IMG/VR virus record: IMGVR_UViG_3300002026_000015
Span: 32,001-96,000 of that record
Length of the DNA: 64,000 bases
Source: a virus
Strand: one strand, 5' to 3'
Of the stretch, positions 21,134 through 32,369 are shown in pieces. The translations under genes were made by a program, and so were the position numbers. The notes beneath the pieces were generated by a model that was not told the DNA's origin, did not search any database, and was given only the letters and a program-made list of their open reading frames with translations. Each line of letters starts with the position of its first letter. The stretch's first letter is position 1.

Positions 21134-23047
21134 ATGATACAAAATCAGGAAGAGTTGTATACAATGCTCATGGAGGCTAAGGATGCCTACTATGAAGGAA
21201 AACCGTTTATGTCGGATATAGATTTTGATGCAATGGAAAATACTCTTAGAAGTATGAATCCTACACATATTTACTTCACTAAAGTTGGAAGTGAGGCAAG
21301 TACCGTAAGTGATACCGTTGTGCACGGAATTCCAATGTTATCTATGAGTAAGTTGAAATTTGGAGATGATATTGAATCATGGTTTATATCAAACAATATC
21401 CCTTCCGATGCAGATATATTATCTGAACCTAAAATCGATGGTATCGCAGGATCTATAGTATACTCTGGGAGTGGTAAACTTATTTACGGCTCAACTCGTG
21501 GCGACGGGAAAAATGGAAAACTTATAAATTTCATAGGCAAAAAAGAAATTGTTAATGTGCCAATGCAATTAGATTTCCGAGGAGATGGCGAATGGTGCAA
21601 GAAATTTGAAGTCAGAGGCGAATTCTATATACCAGTTAAATACGGTGAAACCATTTTCAAAGATATGCCTTTGAGAAACGTTGCCGCAGGGATAATAAAA
21701 TCCGGCGAAAACACTGAGTATCTAAAATTCATGCCATATCAAGCTATAGTTGATGACAAACCATTTATGGATGGTGAAAATTATGGCGAAGAGATATTTG
21801 ATTTTGATATGTTGGAAAGACTGTTGGAATTTGAAGTCGTGGATCATCTACTCATTGGTAAAGATGATATCGAAGATGTGATGCGAAATTATATCGAAAA
21901 AGGTAGAGATTTATTCGAGTATGAAACCGATGGGATGGTTTTTATTGTAAATGATAAGAAACTTCAAGAAAAGATTGATTCTAGAAAGAAAGTTTCAGCT
22001 TATCACCATTACAATATCGCAATTAAACCGCCAGCGAGAACTGCGGAAACGAAATTGAATACTATTGAAATCAGTATTGGAAAGTCTGGAAGAATTATTC
22101 CTACAGGAATTGTATATCCTGTCGTAATTGCAAATATCGAAATCTCAAGAGCAACGTTGAACAATGTCGCTCATATGGAAGAATTTGGCGATGTATTTTA
22201 CAAAAATGCATCAGTTGTAATTAAACGTGCAAATGATGTAATTCCAAAAATTGTAGAAATTTCAGATGATGGGGATAGGACTCAGCCTATACTAATTCCA
22301 ACGGAGTGTCCATCTTGTGGAACTAAACTTATAAGAGAAGGTAGAAATTTATTCTGCACAAATAAATTAAGTTGTCCTGGAATTGCAATAGCTAGAATTT
22401 GCCATTGGATTGAAACTATGGATATCAAAGATGTTGGTTTCAAAGCAATTGAAGCGGCGTACAATCTTGGAATTATCCGAAGCATCGTAGATCTCTATAG
22501 ACCAGGACTTGAAGAAAAATTGTATCTTATCGATGGATTTGCTGATGGTAAAGTCGGAATCTTTATGAATGCAATTAATCTGTCAAAGGTTAATGTTTCA
22601 GATGTCGATATCATAAAAGGTATTGGTCTTACTGGGATCGGACGTCGTGTTCTTGAGAATTACAATCTAACTTCAATTGATACTCTCAAAGATGATCTTC
22701 AGCATCAGCAGAAGTATTCAGTTTGTAGAGTTCTATTGGAATGGTTGAATGAGGGTGATAACTATAATCTACTTAAAGAACTTAAAGTGATTATGGGATC
22801 TAAATCATCTAGCGTAAATAAGAATGGTAAGATTGTTGTAATGACTGGTACATTTGATATAGGTCGCAAAGATCTAATTAAAGAACTAGAATCTCGCGGA
22901 TACACCGTTTCAGACAGTGTAACCAAAAGTACAACAATATTACTTGCAGGTGTTGACGGTGAATCAAATACGAAGTTTAAGAAAGCTTTGGAATTTGGTA
23001 TAAGAATTGAAACAAATTTAGAAAACTTCTTAAAAGGAGATCATTAA
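21134..23047 (+). CDS. ligA: NAD-dependent DNA ligase
   Basis: AYYEG..SD.DFD, EPKIDG (adenylated Lys), STRGDG, EVRGE, RNVAAG, TDGMV, RANDVIP, Zn finger CPSC..C..C, C-terminal BRCT (VMTG..SVTK.T..L.AG..K..KA). Confidence 0.95.
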   Translation: MIQNQEELYTMLMEAKDAYYEGKPFMSDIDFDAMENTLRSMNPTHIYFTKVGSEASTVSDTVVHGIPMLSMSKLKFGDDIESWFISNNIPSDADILSEPKIDGIAGSIVYSGSGKLIYGSTRGDGKNGKLINFIGKKEIVNVPMQLDFRGDGEWCKKFEVRGEFYIPVKYGETIFKDMPLRNVAAGIIKSGENTEYLKFMPYQAIVDDKPFMDGENYGEEIFDFDMLERLLEFEVVDHLLIGKDDIEDVMRNYIEKGRDLFEYETDGMVFIVNDKKLQEKIDSRKKVSAYHHYNIAIKPPARTAETKLNTIEISIGKSGRIIPTGIVYPVVIANIEISRATLNNVAHMEEFGDVFYKNASVVIKRANDVIPKIVEISDDGDRTQPILIPTECPSCGTKLIREGRNLFCTNKLSCPGIAIARICHWIETMDIKDVGFKAIEAAYNLGIIRSIVDLYRPGLEEKLYLIDGFADGKVGIFMNAINLSKVNVSDVDIIKGIGLTGIGRRVLENYNLTSIDTLKDDLQHQQKYSVCRVLLEWLNEGDNYNLLKELKVIMGSKSSSVNKNGKIVVMTGTFDIGRKDLIKELESRGYTVSDSVTKSTTILLAGVDGESNTKFKKALEFGIRIETNLENFLKGDH

Positions 23048-23048
23048 A

Positions 23049-23483
23049 ATGGTTAGTGAAAGATTTCAAAAAGGCTTTAATAAACGTCCAAATCCAACAA
23101 GAGAGGATATCTCACACAGATATCCTAATAAAGACGATGCGTGGAAATTTGAAAAACGCCCTCGGAAACATAGTTCACATCATGATCTTGAAAAAGACAT
23201 GTCGTATATAAAACTTCCGAGAGATCAACGTCTTCAAATTCTTGAAACTGAAGGATTTGATAAGCGTGCTAAGTATGATCCCTGTTCGAGAATTCGAGCA
23301 ATTTATTATCGTAACAATAAGTTTGACATTGGTTTCTTAAAAGATCATTGTCCTATTGTACGATTGGCTGGACATACTCTACATGAGGCAGTTCATAATG
23401 AAGGGTTTTATGACAATGATCCTGAAGTTAAAAACTTGTTCAAGAAAATGAGAAAACGTAATGAATCCAGAAATCAAAATTAA
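23049..23483 (+). CDS. hypothetical basic protein
   Basis: 144-aa ORF immediately after the ligase. Confidence 0.6.
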   Translation: MVSERFQKGFNKRPNPTREDISHRYPNKDDAWKFEKRPRKHSSHHDLEKDMSYIKLPRDQRLQILETEGFDKRAKYDPCSRIRAIYYRNNKFDIGFLKDHCPIVRLAGHTLHEAVHNEGFYDNDPEVKNLFKKMRKRNESRNQN

Positions 23484-23910
23484 AACTCCGGATCTTGCGA
23501 AACTTGATTGTACAATTTTCGAACTATTTGACAAACTTGTTGAGCATCGTATAGATTTCACGGTAAATGAATTAAACGAAGATCTCTCTATAAAACGTGT
23601 GGTTATGAATGCACTTGAACAATTTGCATTAATAACTCCAGGTCCAGAGAAAGAACCGATGTTTTTCAGTATCGTGTTTTATGATAACGATGATATCAAT
23701 AAACCGATAGTACTGAAGTTTAAGTACTTTGAAGATGTAGTGGTCAATTTCTGTAAATATGGGTATCCTTCGAAAAGACGACATAATTTCTCAACGATAA
23801 TTGATATTCCTTCCAAAGAGTTTATCAAAAATCGTATCGACAATTCTTTCATTGTTGATAAATTTTATGTATGGTTTATTTGGATGAGACGTCATATTAC
23901 GTATAGATGA
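23461..23910 (+). CDS. hypothetical protein
   Basis: 149-aa ORF overlapping the previous gene. Confidence 0.55.
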   Translation: MNPEIKIKTPDLAKLDCTIFELFDKLVEHRIDFTVNELNEDLSIKRVVMNALEQFALITPGPEKEPMFFSIVFYDNDDINKPIVLKFKYFEDVVVNFCKYGYPSKRRHNFSTIIDIPSKEFIKNRIDNSFIVDKFYVWFIWMRRHITYR

Positions 23911-23980
23911 TAAATTCTTACTTTATTATTACACGTAAAACAATCTATTGTATTAATTTAAACCTTATTTAGGAGAGAAT

Positions 23981-25411
23981 ATGAGCAACGAAACTAAAGA
24001 AGAAGTTATCGTTCAGGAAACTGCTGAAATCGAAACTGCAACTTCTTCTGATGAAGCTGTTGAAGAAACTGTCGTGGTTGAAGGTGAAGATGCTGAAGAT
24101 CTCGATAAAATCGAATATGATGAAAACGGCGACGTTGTCGATGACGGTAAAGTTGTTGAAGCCATAGAGTATAATAATCTTTCTCTCGAAGATGATGGGA
24201 TTCTCGGAGTTCCAACGTTTACAGCTAAAGAACTCCATGTCATCAAAAACAATTTGAATTTGGATCCAAGTTTCCTTACGATGCATGCAAATATCATGGG
24301 AGACATTCGCCAGAATCTCAAAGATGTTGAAAGTGATGCGGAAGATCGCGATGAACAGCTTCGTAAACTGATGAACGTATACAATTCTTCACGAAACATT
24401 CTCGTTGAAATGAAGAAAAGTTACGATGAATATATCGAATACGTTAAAGAGAATCAGGAAGAGATTCTCAAATACGTAAACGATGATATCTCAAAGGTTA
24501 TCAAAGAGTACGTTGACACTCTTGCTGAAGAAGTTGGAATTGAATATGTAGAGGGAACTCTCATGTCATTCCTTATCGCAGCAAATATCAAACGTCGTGT
24601 TGCATCTAATTGCGAAGATGATAATATTGCAAATATTCTCGCTACAGGTAAGAAAACTTACGAAGATGAAGTTCTTAAACTTGTAAACACGATGACATTC
24701 TTTGTGTCAAATAACCGTGATTCTCGTGATGTTAACGAACCTTCATTCGAAGAACGTGAAGTTACAAGAGTTGCAACCCGTGTAATTCGTACAATGAAAG
24801 CTATTGAGATCAAACGACTTAAGAGTGAATACGATGATCTTCGTGGAGATCTTCTTCTCACAAATCATGTTGTTAATCTTAATGAACTCGTTGGTCGTAA
24901 AGCTGTACACAAATTCCTTGGAATTCGTGCAGAGCAGAAGAAAAAGAATAAACGTGCAAAACAGGATTTGCATCTTGATCACAAATATCTGAAAGATCGT
25001 TTCAATGCAACGGTTGTAGAACTTATCATGAAAGATTGGTTCTCTCTCACTATGTATAACGATACTGCGGTTATGCGCGATCGTGATGAGTTCCTTAAAC
25101 GTTTCTCGGATAAGAACTCTTATGATGCTCGTGAAGTACTTATCGCGACAATCAACAGTTATTCTTACCTGTTCCTGTTTGATGAGCTTACCAGACTTGT
25201 ATCTAAAACTTCCGAAGTTATCGGCAGACATATCAACGTTGGCGAAAAGCATATGCTTAGAAGTTACCTTCTTTTCGTAGCTCTTCCAAAATGGTCTGAT
25301 AAAGATGCTGAAAATCTTTACGATATCGACGTTCGTTATAACGAATATGTTGAAATTGTCGGAACGAAAGTTCATGATAAGTTGCTCAAAAAGCAAATGA
25401 TTATCGAATAA
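23981..25411 (+). CDS. hypothetical helical protein with acidic N-terminus
   Basis: 476 aa, high-expression codon bias, RBS aggag, late promoter AACAATCTATTG at 23939-23950. Confidence 0.75.
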   Translation: MSNETKEEVIVQETAEIETATSSDEAVEETVVVEGEDAEDLDKIEYDENGDVVDDGKVVEAIEYNNLSLEDDGILGVPTFTAKELHVIKNNLNLDPSFLTMHANIMGDIRQNLKDVESDAEDRDEQLRKLMNVYNSSRNILVEMKKSYDEYIEYVKENQEEILKYVNDDISKVIKEYVDTLAEEVGIEYVEGTLMSFLIAANIKRRVASNCEDDNIANILATGKKTYEDEVLKLVNTMTFFVSNNRDSRDVNEPSFEEREVTRVATRVIRTMKAIEIKRLKSEYDDLRGDLLLTNHVVNLNELVGRKAVHKFLGIRAEQKKKNKRAKQDLHLDHKYLKDRFNATVVELIMKDWFSLTMYNDTAVMRDRDEFLKRFSDKNSYDAREVLIATINSYSYLFLFDELTRLVSKTSEVIGRHINVGEKHMLRSYLLFVALPKWSDKDAENLYDIDVRYNEYVEIVGTKVHDKLLKKQMIIE

Positions 25412-25473
25412 GATCAGAATATTAGAGTAGGGGTAATCCCTACTCTATTTTTTTGATAAATAAGGAGATTTAT

Positions 25474-25962
25474 ATGATAACTGTAACGCCTACGCAAAAA
25501 GAATTATTCAAAGGATTTTGTAACAAGAAGTTTGACGGTAAGGTTGAATTCATAATCGTGACGATGTTGAACAAAAAACCTGACCTATTGGAAACTCTTA
25601 TCACAAATAATATGTCATTCAACTATCTTGGAGACAATGACAGTATAGTTGAAGTAGTTCCATTTGGATGGCAAACTAATGGAAACTACCGTAATAAAGA
25701 AAACATGTACAGTAATACGTACATCAAATGTATCAACATCGGACTTGTCCTTGAAGATGATATTACTGACGTTAATGGGGTTATGCGTAATCTGAAAAAC
25801 AAACTTGGCGAATTATACTATAAAGAGAAGATTCGTCTTGTAATTGGTGATACAGTTCATGTAAACGAAACTGAAATCGAGAATCATCCTATCTTCAAAA
25901 AACTTCCTGAAGGTTATATCGTCGATATTACTTTCAAATACTTCAGAGAATTATTCAGATAA
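25474..25962 (+). CDS. hypothetical protein
   Basis: RBS aaggag gives ATG at 25474. Confidence 0.6.
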   Translation: MITVTPTQKELFKGFCNKKFDGKVEFIIVTMLNKKPDLLETLITNNMSFNYLGDNDSIVEVVPFGWQTNGNYRNKENMYSNTYIKCINIGLVLEDDITDVNGVMRNLKNKLGELYYKEKIRLVIGDTVHVNETEIENHPIFKKLPEGYIVDITFKYFRELFR

Positions 25963-25992
25963 TAGATATACTGCGGGAATTCCCGCAGTATA

Positions 25993-26787
25993 TTATTTTA
26001 AGTATGTGGATTCGACAAAGACATCATTTATCAATGTTTGTTCGGTAGATATAAAATTCAAAGATGTACCATTTATAAATGTTTTAAGATATCTATAAAT
26101 TATCAACTTCTTCATTTTTATAGGAAAGTGTTCGAATCCTAATCGTATAGGAGATTTAAAATCCTCAGATCCTATAAATACATCAGCATAACCATTTTCG
26201 TCAAACATGTCATGTATAGATTTTATAGTTTCAGGATCATCAATCACAGACCTATCAAACTCATCGCAGTATAATGTAGACAATGAATTGTTTACAGTAT
26301 TTGGATCATCAGGATAATTTTTAGAAAAATTTGTACCATATACGACATCGATTCCTAAATCAATTCTATATGTATCTCGAGGCTTTTCAGGAGCATGTAT
26401 TTCAAATTTACAAATTTTATCAATTTGTTTTCTAAATTCCTTCAAATCTTCAACAACTATTGCGGACATTAGTAGATATTTAACAATTTTAAATGAATCG
26501 CTCTTATAATGATATTGTCGACAACAATATGTATCGAGTATATATGGTTTATCAGACTTAGTTATCATATTTCTAGAGTAATTCTTATCGTTATCTCCAA
26601 ACTCATCTAAATCGATATTATTTGGAATGTACATTGCAAAATGTATTTCTTTAGTTTTCTTTTCTATGAAGTGGATTAAATTTACAATTTGTCCAGATCT
26701 TTGATATTTAGATGCAGTGTCAGCAAACTTTTTTAAATCAATCTTATATTGAACAAGCTGATCTTTATCCATTTCGTGGTAAATCAT
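25993..26787 (-). CDS. hypothetical protein, paralog of 38899..39696
   Basis: 264 aa; end-to-end similarity to the 265-aa ORF upstream of the DNA polymerase. Confidence 0.65.
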   Translation of the reverse strand: MIYHEMDKDQLVQYKIDLKKFADTASKYQRSGQIVNLIHFIEKKTKEIHFAMYIPNNIDLDEFGDNDKNYSRNMITKSDKPYILDTYCCRQYHYKSDSFKIVKYLLMSAIVVEDLKEFRKQIDKICKFEIHAPEKPRDTYRIDLGIDVVYGTNFSKNYPDDPNTVNNSLSTLYCDEFDRSVIDDPETIKSIHDMFDENGYADVFIGSEDFKSPIRLGFEHFPIKMKKLIIYRYLKTFINGTSLNFISTEQTLINDVFVESTYLK

Positions 26788-27206
26788 TTCTTGTCCCGGT
26801 TTCTTTCAATTTTTGTAATCAGAGTTGATACAAAATCTGAATCGGGAACCAATATTGATCCTGTGAAATCTTTGAAATCAAACCTTGACGTATACCCATT
26901 CATTGCAAGTATAAGATACCAATAATCTGTAGTGGAGTAATATGCTTTGGATAAATGCTGAGGATTTTGATAATATTTCTCAGCTTCTCCTTTAGAATTG
27001 AAAGTCATAGTATGCGCAGACTCAATTATACTTGGAAGATATGTAGTCAATAACTCAATATCCCACAATTTCAAATTGTATCTAGATCCTTCACCTTCAG
27101 AAAGCGTTGAAGTTGTTTCGCAAATATTTTCAAATTGTAGGGAATTTCCGGCAATTTGTTTATACGTACTTGTGAAATTTCCCTCTATTATACCTTTGTG
27201 TTTCAT
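26784..27206 (-). CDS. baseplate wedge protein, T4 gp53-like (LysM-like)
   Basis: YYQNPQHLSKAYYSTTDYWYLILAMNG matches the gp53 pattern (P..lS..lYg...yWw.iL..N). Confidence 0.65.
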   Translation of the reverse strand: MKHKGIIEGNFTSTYKQIAGNSLQFENICETTSTLSEGEGSRYNLKLWDIELLTTYLPSIIESAHTMTFNSKGEAEKYYQNPQHLSKAYYSTTDYWYLILAMNGYTSRFDFKDFTGSILVPDSDFVSTLITKIERNRDKK

Positions 27207-27207
27207 A

Positions 27208-28413
27208 TTATCCTTTAACCTTTGTTGTGATAAGTTTAGAACTCATAGAAGACAGTGTTGTAGTTGCCATAGGTGGAACAGGAAGTATAGGCACTGCCGC
27301 AACCGCATCCAATTGTGCACACATGACTGTGAGTAGTTGGATTAATTCGGGACCTTTAACTAAAGGTTTTCCTCCAGCCCCTTTGAAATTGGCTGTACCA
27401 TTTTTATCAATTTGAGGTTTTGGAGGTAGAGGTTTCTTACCACTAGGTGCTCCAAATCCCATTCCTCCAGGAACAACCATACCCGTTACAGTTAAAACTT
27501 TAGCGTCAGCTATTATTGTCGGAGATGTAACAGTTCTCATTTTATTGGTTATGTCAGCTTTCTGATAATCTTCGGTAATTTTTGTACCTTTAAGTGAAAG
27601 GTTTGTAATCTTACCGTCAAATTTCTTACTCTCCCACTCAACATTATCTATTTTGATAACACCTTTTTTACTTTCAATTTCAATATTATCGTCAGCACTT
27701 ATATACATCTTCTTCGCACTAATGTGAATCGCATCACCACTTAAAAGTATTGTACTCTCTGCTTCATTTATCATTGAAACTTCATCAGTCGATGTGGTTA
27801 TAGATATAGTTCGTTTACCATCTGTCAATGACATTTGTCCTGTAGAACCATCTATGATGATATCATACTCTGAAACTTCACCATTTTTCTTAGACATGTG
27901 AATTCTGATAACTTGGTTAACAGAGTCGTATCTATGATAATATGTGTTATCGTCAGACATATCTTCACCAGCATATTTTCCACTAGCAGGAATTGCAAAG
28001 TGTGCTATATCGGATGGTTTAAATTTAGACTGATCTCTACAGAATGGTTTTATATATAAACTATTGATATCCTGATCTAAAACACCAATTGTAACTTGTT
28101 CACCTTCAATAAGTCTTGGCATTGACATTCCATAAACTTTAGACATTGTAAGTTTTACAAAGTTTGATGTCGAGCATTTATCTGCTCCAAATTTCGTATT
28201 AACTTTATTCAAACACTTAGATATATCGAGTTTAACTTCTTCTTCAAATACTCCATCTTTTATAGGAATGCCCATCATAAGACGAGGAATATATATCCCA
28301 TATCTATTTTCACCAACATCATCGGCAGTTTTAAGAACTATACCGAGACTATTATCTCTATAAAGATCATAAGATCTTTTCAACAAAGCTTCTTTATAAT
28401 CTGCTAATTTCAT
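27208..28413 (-). CDS. baseplate hub/spike protein (gp5/gpV/VgrG-like OB fold plus beta-helix)
   Basis: PRLIEGEQVTIGVLD OB-fold end, repetitive beta-rich middle, adjacent to the gp53-like gene; late promoter at 28445-28434. Confidence 0.55.
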   Translation of the reverse strand: MKLADYKEALLKRSYDLYRDNSLGIVLKTADDVGENRYGIYIPRLMMGIPIKDGVFEEEVKLDISKCLNKVNTKFGADKCSTSNFVKLTMSKVYGMSMPRLIEGEQVTIGVLDQDINSLYIKPFCRDQSKFKPSDIAHFAIPASGKYAGEDMSDDNTYYHRYDSVNQVIRIHMSKKNGEVSEYDIIIDGSTGQMSLTDGKRTISITTSTDEVSMINEAESTILLSGDAIHISAKKMYISADDNIEIESKKGVIKIDNVEWESKKFDGKITNLSLKGTKITEDYQKADITNKMRTVTSPTIIADAKVLTVTGMVVPGGMGFGAPSGKKPLPPKPQIDKNGTANFKGAGGKPLVKGPELIQLLTVMCAQLDAVAAVPILPVPPMATTTLSSMSSKLITTKVKG

Positions 28414-28527
28414 ATTTACCTCTTTAGTTGTCACATTAGGATGTTTCAAGAGTACTTAATATAGATTTATTAACCTCAAGACATACCTATATATTAACAT
28501 ACGAGAACTATTATGAAGGGTAAGTAA

Positions 28528-29598
28528 ATGAATCACGAAGAATTTACGAAATTATTGATAGATGAATGTAAGCTACTTCCAGGATTCTATGAGAATAATT
28601 CACATATTAGAGTTCGTTGTCCAAACTGTGAAACTCATCGTACTGATGATAAAGAAGGTCACTTCTACATTAATAAACAAAAAGAAGGAAATCCTTCTTC
28701 ATGTAGAAAATGTGATTTAGCATTGATGACAATTACTCCTGAATTACTCCTTAAATTGAATATTGAAAACTCTGAGATATTAGAGTATGTAAAGAAGAAT
28801 TATAAGGAAATTCATACACATATCGTTAATCTTGATGAAAGAAATAAAAAACTTGACTACAGAATTCATACGGACATTAAAAATCATGAAATTAATAAAC
28901 TTAGATATCTTAATGATAGACTAGGACATGATTTTACTAAACCTGAAGAATTAGAAAAGTTTAGAATTGTTTCATCGTTTAAAAAGTTTCTAAAGCTTAA
29001 CAAAATCGATATCGAAACTCTTGAAGAAGTTGATAGACGTAAAATCGATATGATAGAGTCTTATTATGTAGGGTTTTTATCATACTTTGGAAACATAATA
29101 AATTTCAGAAGAATATTTGATTACGAGGATGGGACCGATCAGAAACTGAAACGATATGAAACAGTAGTCATCAATAGATCAATTAAGAGATCGTTCCTAT
29201 ATATACCGTCGACGAGCATTGATCCTCTAACAATGGATCCAAAAATAAATGTTTCAGAAGGACCTATAGATATCATTTCAATCTATTTAAATAATAGTCA
29301 ATTTGATAACAATAATGCGATATACGTTGCATCGAATTCTATAGGAGCTTTTAGAAGATCTATTATGAATGCTCTGTCTATATCTGGGTTCTTTGGTGCA
29401 TCCATCAATCTTTATCTCGATAATGATGATGGTGTCAAGAAAATCGGAGAATATGATTTTTCTAAGATCACTCATGCAATGATGGGTTTTGGAAGAAGTT
29501 TTAAAGTTACAGCGTTTGTTAACTTGGCAAGTAAAGATTTCGGAGATGTTAGTGAACCCATAGTTATTGGTAAGATGAATCTAACAAATTCACTATGA
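28528..29598 (+). CDS. DNA primase (Zn ribbon plus TOPRIM)
   Basis: RCPNC..H FYI..SCRKC; TOPRIM VSEGPIDII and YLDND; KDFG. Confidence 0.8.
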   Translation: MNHEEFTKLLIDECKLLPGFYENNSHIRVRCPNCETHRTDDKEGHFYINKQKEGNPSSCRKCDLALMTITPELLLKLNIENSEILEYVKKNYKEIHTHIVNLDERNKKLDYRIHTDIKNHEINKLRYLNDRLGHDFTKPEELEKFRIVSSFKKFLKLNKIDIETLEEVDRRKIDMIESYYVGFLSYFGNIINFRRIFDYEDGTDQKLKRYETVVINRSIKRSFLYIPSTSIDPLTMDPKINVSEGPIDIISIYLNNSQFDNNNAIYVASNSIGAFRRSIMNALSISGFFGASINLYLDNDDGVKKIGEYDFSKITHAMMGFGRSFKVTAFVNLASKDFGDVSEPIVIGKMNLTNSL

Positions 29599-29654
29599 AA
29601 AGTGTTTCAATTGTGAACTAATTAAAGTCCTTTAATTAAACTTTGGAGGTTTAT

Positions 29655-31094
29655 ATGATAAAGGAAATCGAAGCGAAGCAGAAGAAGCTTAAGGAGATCG
29701 GAATAATCCTTAAGAAACAGTATCGTGGAATTGATAAACAAATCGATTCGGTCATGGAAAAGATCGAAACGTGGTATATCTTTGACGACGTACTGTACAA
29801 ACCGACAGTTATCTGTTTGTGGGGATTAACAGGTATTGGTAAGACTGGACTTATCCGTGACCTTGTCAAACTCCTTGAAATGTATAACGTTTTCTGCGAG
29901 ATCGATGTATCCCGTACAACTGCTGCTGTAGATGGTCGTCGCAATAACTATCGTAGATTCTATGGAGAATCTCATAGTATTGCATCTCAACTGTTTGATG
30001 TGGTTGATGATACTCGTGAGAAGTGTATCCTTCTTGTTGATGAAGTTACGAAAATTGACTTCAAAAATAACAATGGTCGTTTCTCAGATCTTTGGAACCT
30101 TCTTAGTGACGGCCGTCTTGGTAATGGAGTTTCAACTCTTTCCAAGTATGATCAGTACATTGAAGATCTTGAAGATGAACTGAACAAATATGATTTGAAC
30201 AGTAGTCAATCCGCATTTGACAAAATGATGGAAGAAGCTAAACAGGCTGCAATGGCTGGTAATACCGCCCCGATGATGCCGTTCATGAATAATCAATGGA
30301 ACCCTTATACTCAACCTATTCCCGGAAATAAACGGTATTATATTTTGAGAGAGTTCCTTGACGTTAATAAGTTCGAAGATCTTAACCCTCTGTTCGATTT
30401 CATCGAATTTTCAGGTAATCCGCAGACGTCACTGTTCCCATTCGGGATCCGTGAAATGTATCGTACTGCTTGGGAAAATGGTAACTTCGAAAATCTTACA
30501 GATATTATCAAACAGCCGGGAATCGCTTATGTTCAACCCCTTCTTGCGATGGTGAAGAATATTCGCGAAAGAACTATCAAAGAAATGAGTGAAGTTGGAG
30601 GAGGACGCGATCCGCTTGTATTCTCCAAAATGCTTATCTTCATTGCCGGTAATGTTGATGGTCTTTACGAAGACCATAAGAATATCGAAATTGATGCTGA
30701 TGAACTTCATGCAAAGACGGATGATATTTCGCTTGATCTTCTCCGTGATGAACTTCTCAAAGTATTCAAACCTGAGGAAGTCGCTCGTCTTGGCGGAAAC
30801 CATATCGTTTATCCATCTCTTTCAAGAAATGCATTTGAGCAAATCATTAATGATAATCTCAAGCTGATTGAGGAAGATACTAAACGTACAACGGATATTA
30901 CAGTTTCTCTTCGTTCTAAGAAATTCGTAGATCACCTCTATAAAGTAGGAGTAATTCCTTCTCAAGGCGCTCGTCCACTTATTTCTCGAATTCAAACTGA
31001 AGTTTCCAAATTTCTTCCGAAACTTATTAAGATTGCAATCACTGGTGGCACTGATAAAATCAGTATTACACAGTTGAATGGGAATTTTCAATAA
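29655..31094 (+). CDS. AAA+ ATPase, Clp (ClpB/ClpX D2)-like
   Basis: Walker A GLTGIGKT, Walker B LLVDEV, LSDGRL, IFIAGN, FKPEEVARL, C-terminal GARPL. Confidence 0.8.
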   Translation: MIKEIEAKQKKLKEIGIILKKQYRGIDKQIDSVMEKIETWYIFDDVLYKPTVICLWGLTGIGKTGLIRDLVKLLEMYNVFCEIDVSRTTAAVDGRRNNYRRFYGESHSIASQLFDVVDDTREKCILLVDEVTKIDFKNNNGRFSDLWNLLSDGRLGNGVSTLSKYDQYIEDLEDELNKYDLNSSQSAFDKMMEEAKQAAMAGNTAPMMPFMNNQWNPYTQPIPGNKRYYILREFLDVNKFEDLNPLFDFIEFSGNPQTSLFPFGIREMYRTAWENGNFENLTDIIKQPGIAYVQPLLAMVKNIRERTIKEMSEVGGGRDPLVFSKMLIFIAGNVDGLYEDHKNIEIDADELHAKTDDISLDLLRDELLKVFKPEEVARLGGNHIVYPSLSRNAFEQIINDNLKLIEEDTKRTTDITVSLRSKKFVDHLYKVGVIPSQGARPLISRIQTEVSKFLPKLIKIAITGGTDKISITQLNGNFQ

Positions 31095-31185
31095 ATTGAT
31101 TGAAATAGGGGAGAAATCCCCTATTTCTTTTTTTTAACCTATTAACATTCATGTGAGAGTTATTTTATAAAAAGAAGGAAATAAC

Positions 31186-32364
31186 ATGAGTTTCAAGTTA
31201 AACGATCAACAAGAAGCTGCTGTATATAAAGCTTTGAATTGGTACTATCTTGAATCTCACAAACGACAACTGTTTGTCGTGGGAGGTTTGGCAGGTACTG
31301 GTAAAAGTACATGTTTGAGATCTATAATTGAAGCAATAGGTTTATCTACAAATAGTGTTTTATACTGCGCATTAACAGGTAAGGCTGTATCGGTTCTTCG
31401 AATGAAGGGTCATATGGCAAATACTATACATCGAAGTTTTTACAATGCTAAGCCTTATAAAAACTCAGTATTCTTTTCCAAGAAACAACTAATTCCAAAA
31501 AACATAAAACTTATAGTTATAGATGAATTTGGAATGGTCGGAGATTCACTAACGAATGATATACTATCATTCGGAGTTCCGGTTATTGCATTAGGGGATC
31601 CAGGGCAACTCCCTCCAGTCTTCGAGAAGAATACATTTATTGAAAATGAAGAAAATTTGGATGTGTTTCTAGATAAAGTTATGAGAACCGATGATACTTC
31701 AGGAATATTAACTTTAGCAATGATAGCTAGAAATAAAAAACCAATTCTTCCTGGAAATTATGGGTTCTCTAGAGCGTTAGAACTTGGAACTCAGATAAAA
31801 CCAATGTTAGATTACAATAAGGTTTTATGTTGGACAAATAAAACTAGAAAACATCTAAACTCTCATATCCGTGAACAACTTGGTATAACTTCAAAGTATC
31901 CTGTTAAAGGTGAGAAGGTTATGTTTCTAGGAAATAGGTATGACAAATCTATCGAATATCTTGGAATAGAACTTTGTATAGTAAATGGAATGGAATGTGA
32001 AGTTATCGAAGATTCAACTATAGAAAATGATTATCAAATAAATATAAAAGCTCGTCCAATGTTTGTTGACGATAATGATATATATTTTGATGTGACGTGC
32101 AATAGAAGAATATTTGATGGATACACAGAGTTCGTCCCAGATCTTAAAACTTTAAGAATAGATGATATTGAAAGCGAAAGAGATTCGGTATTCTGCGACT
32201 TTGCATGGGCTGCTACAACAACTTCTTCTCAAGGAAGTGAGTGGGCTGACGTACTTGTGATCGATGAGATGCCAAAGTACAGACCTGAATATAGTAGATG
32301 GATATACACTGCTATAACTAGGGCTGCGTGTTCAGTTGACATTCTTATAGATCAGCAACATTAA
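31186..32364 (+). CDS. Dda/RecD-like SF1B helicase
   Basis: LNDQQ, GLAGTGKS, TIHR, IVIDE, LGDPGQLPPV, SQGSEW, YTAITRA. Confidence 0.9.
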   Translation: MSFKLNDQQEAAVYKALNWYYLESHKRQLFVVGGLAGTGKSTCLRSIIEAIGLSTNSVLYCALTGKAVSVLRMKGHMANTIHRSFYNAKPYKNSVFFSKKQLIPKNIKLIVIDEFGMVGDSLTNDILSFGVPVIALGDPGQLPPVFEKNTFIENEENLDVFLDKVMRTDDTSGILTLAMIARNKKPILPGNYGFSRALELGTQIKPMLDYNKVLCWTNKTRKHLNSHIREQLGITSKYPVKGEKVMFLGNRYDKSIEYLGIELCIVNGMECEVIEDSTIENDYQINIKARPMFVDDNDIYFDVTCNRRIFDGYTEFVPDLKTLRIDDIESERDSVFCDFAWAATTTSSQGSEWADVLVIDEMPKYRPEYSRWIYTAITRAACSVDILIDQQH

Positions 32365-32369
32365 AACAT

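Noticed and set aside
24743-25396. 217-aa minus-strand ORF
   Set aside because: Antisense shadow of 23981..25411
21122-29660. Identical 18-mer TTGGAGGTTTATATGATA at the starts of the ligase and the AAA+ ATPase
   Set aside because: Mostly Shine-Dalgarno, AT-rich spacer and ATG; two copies are insufficient to claim a regulatory site
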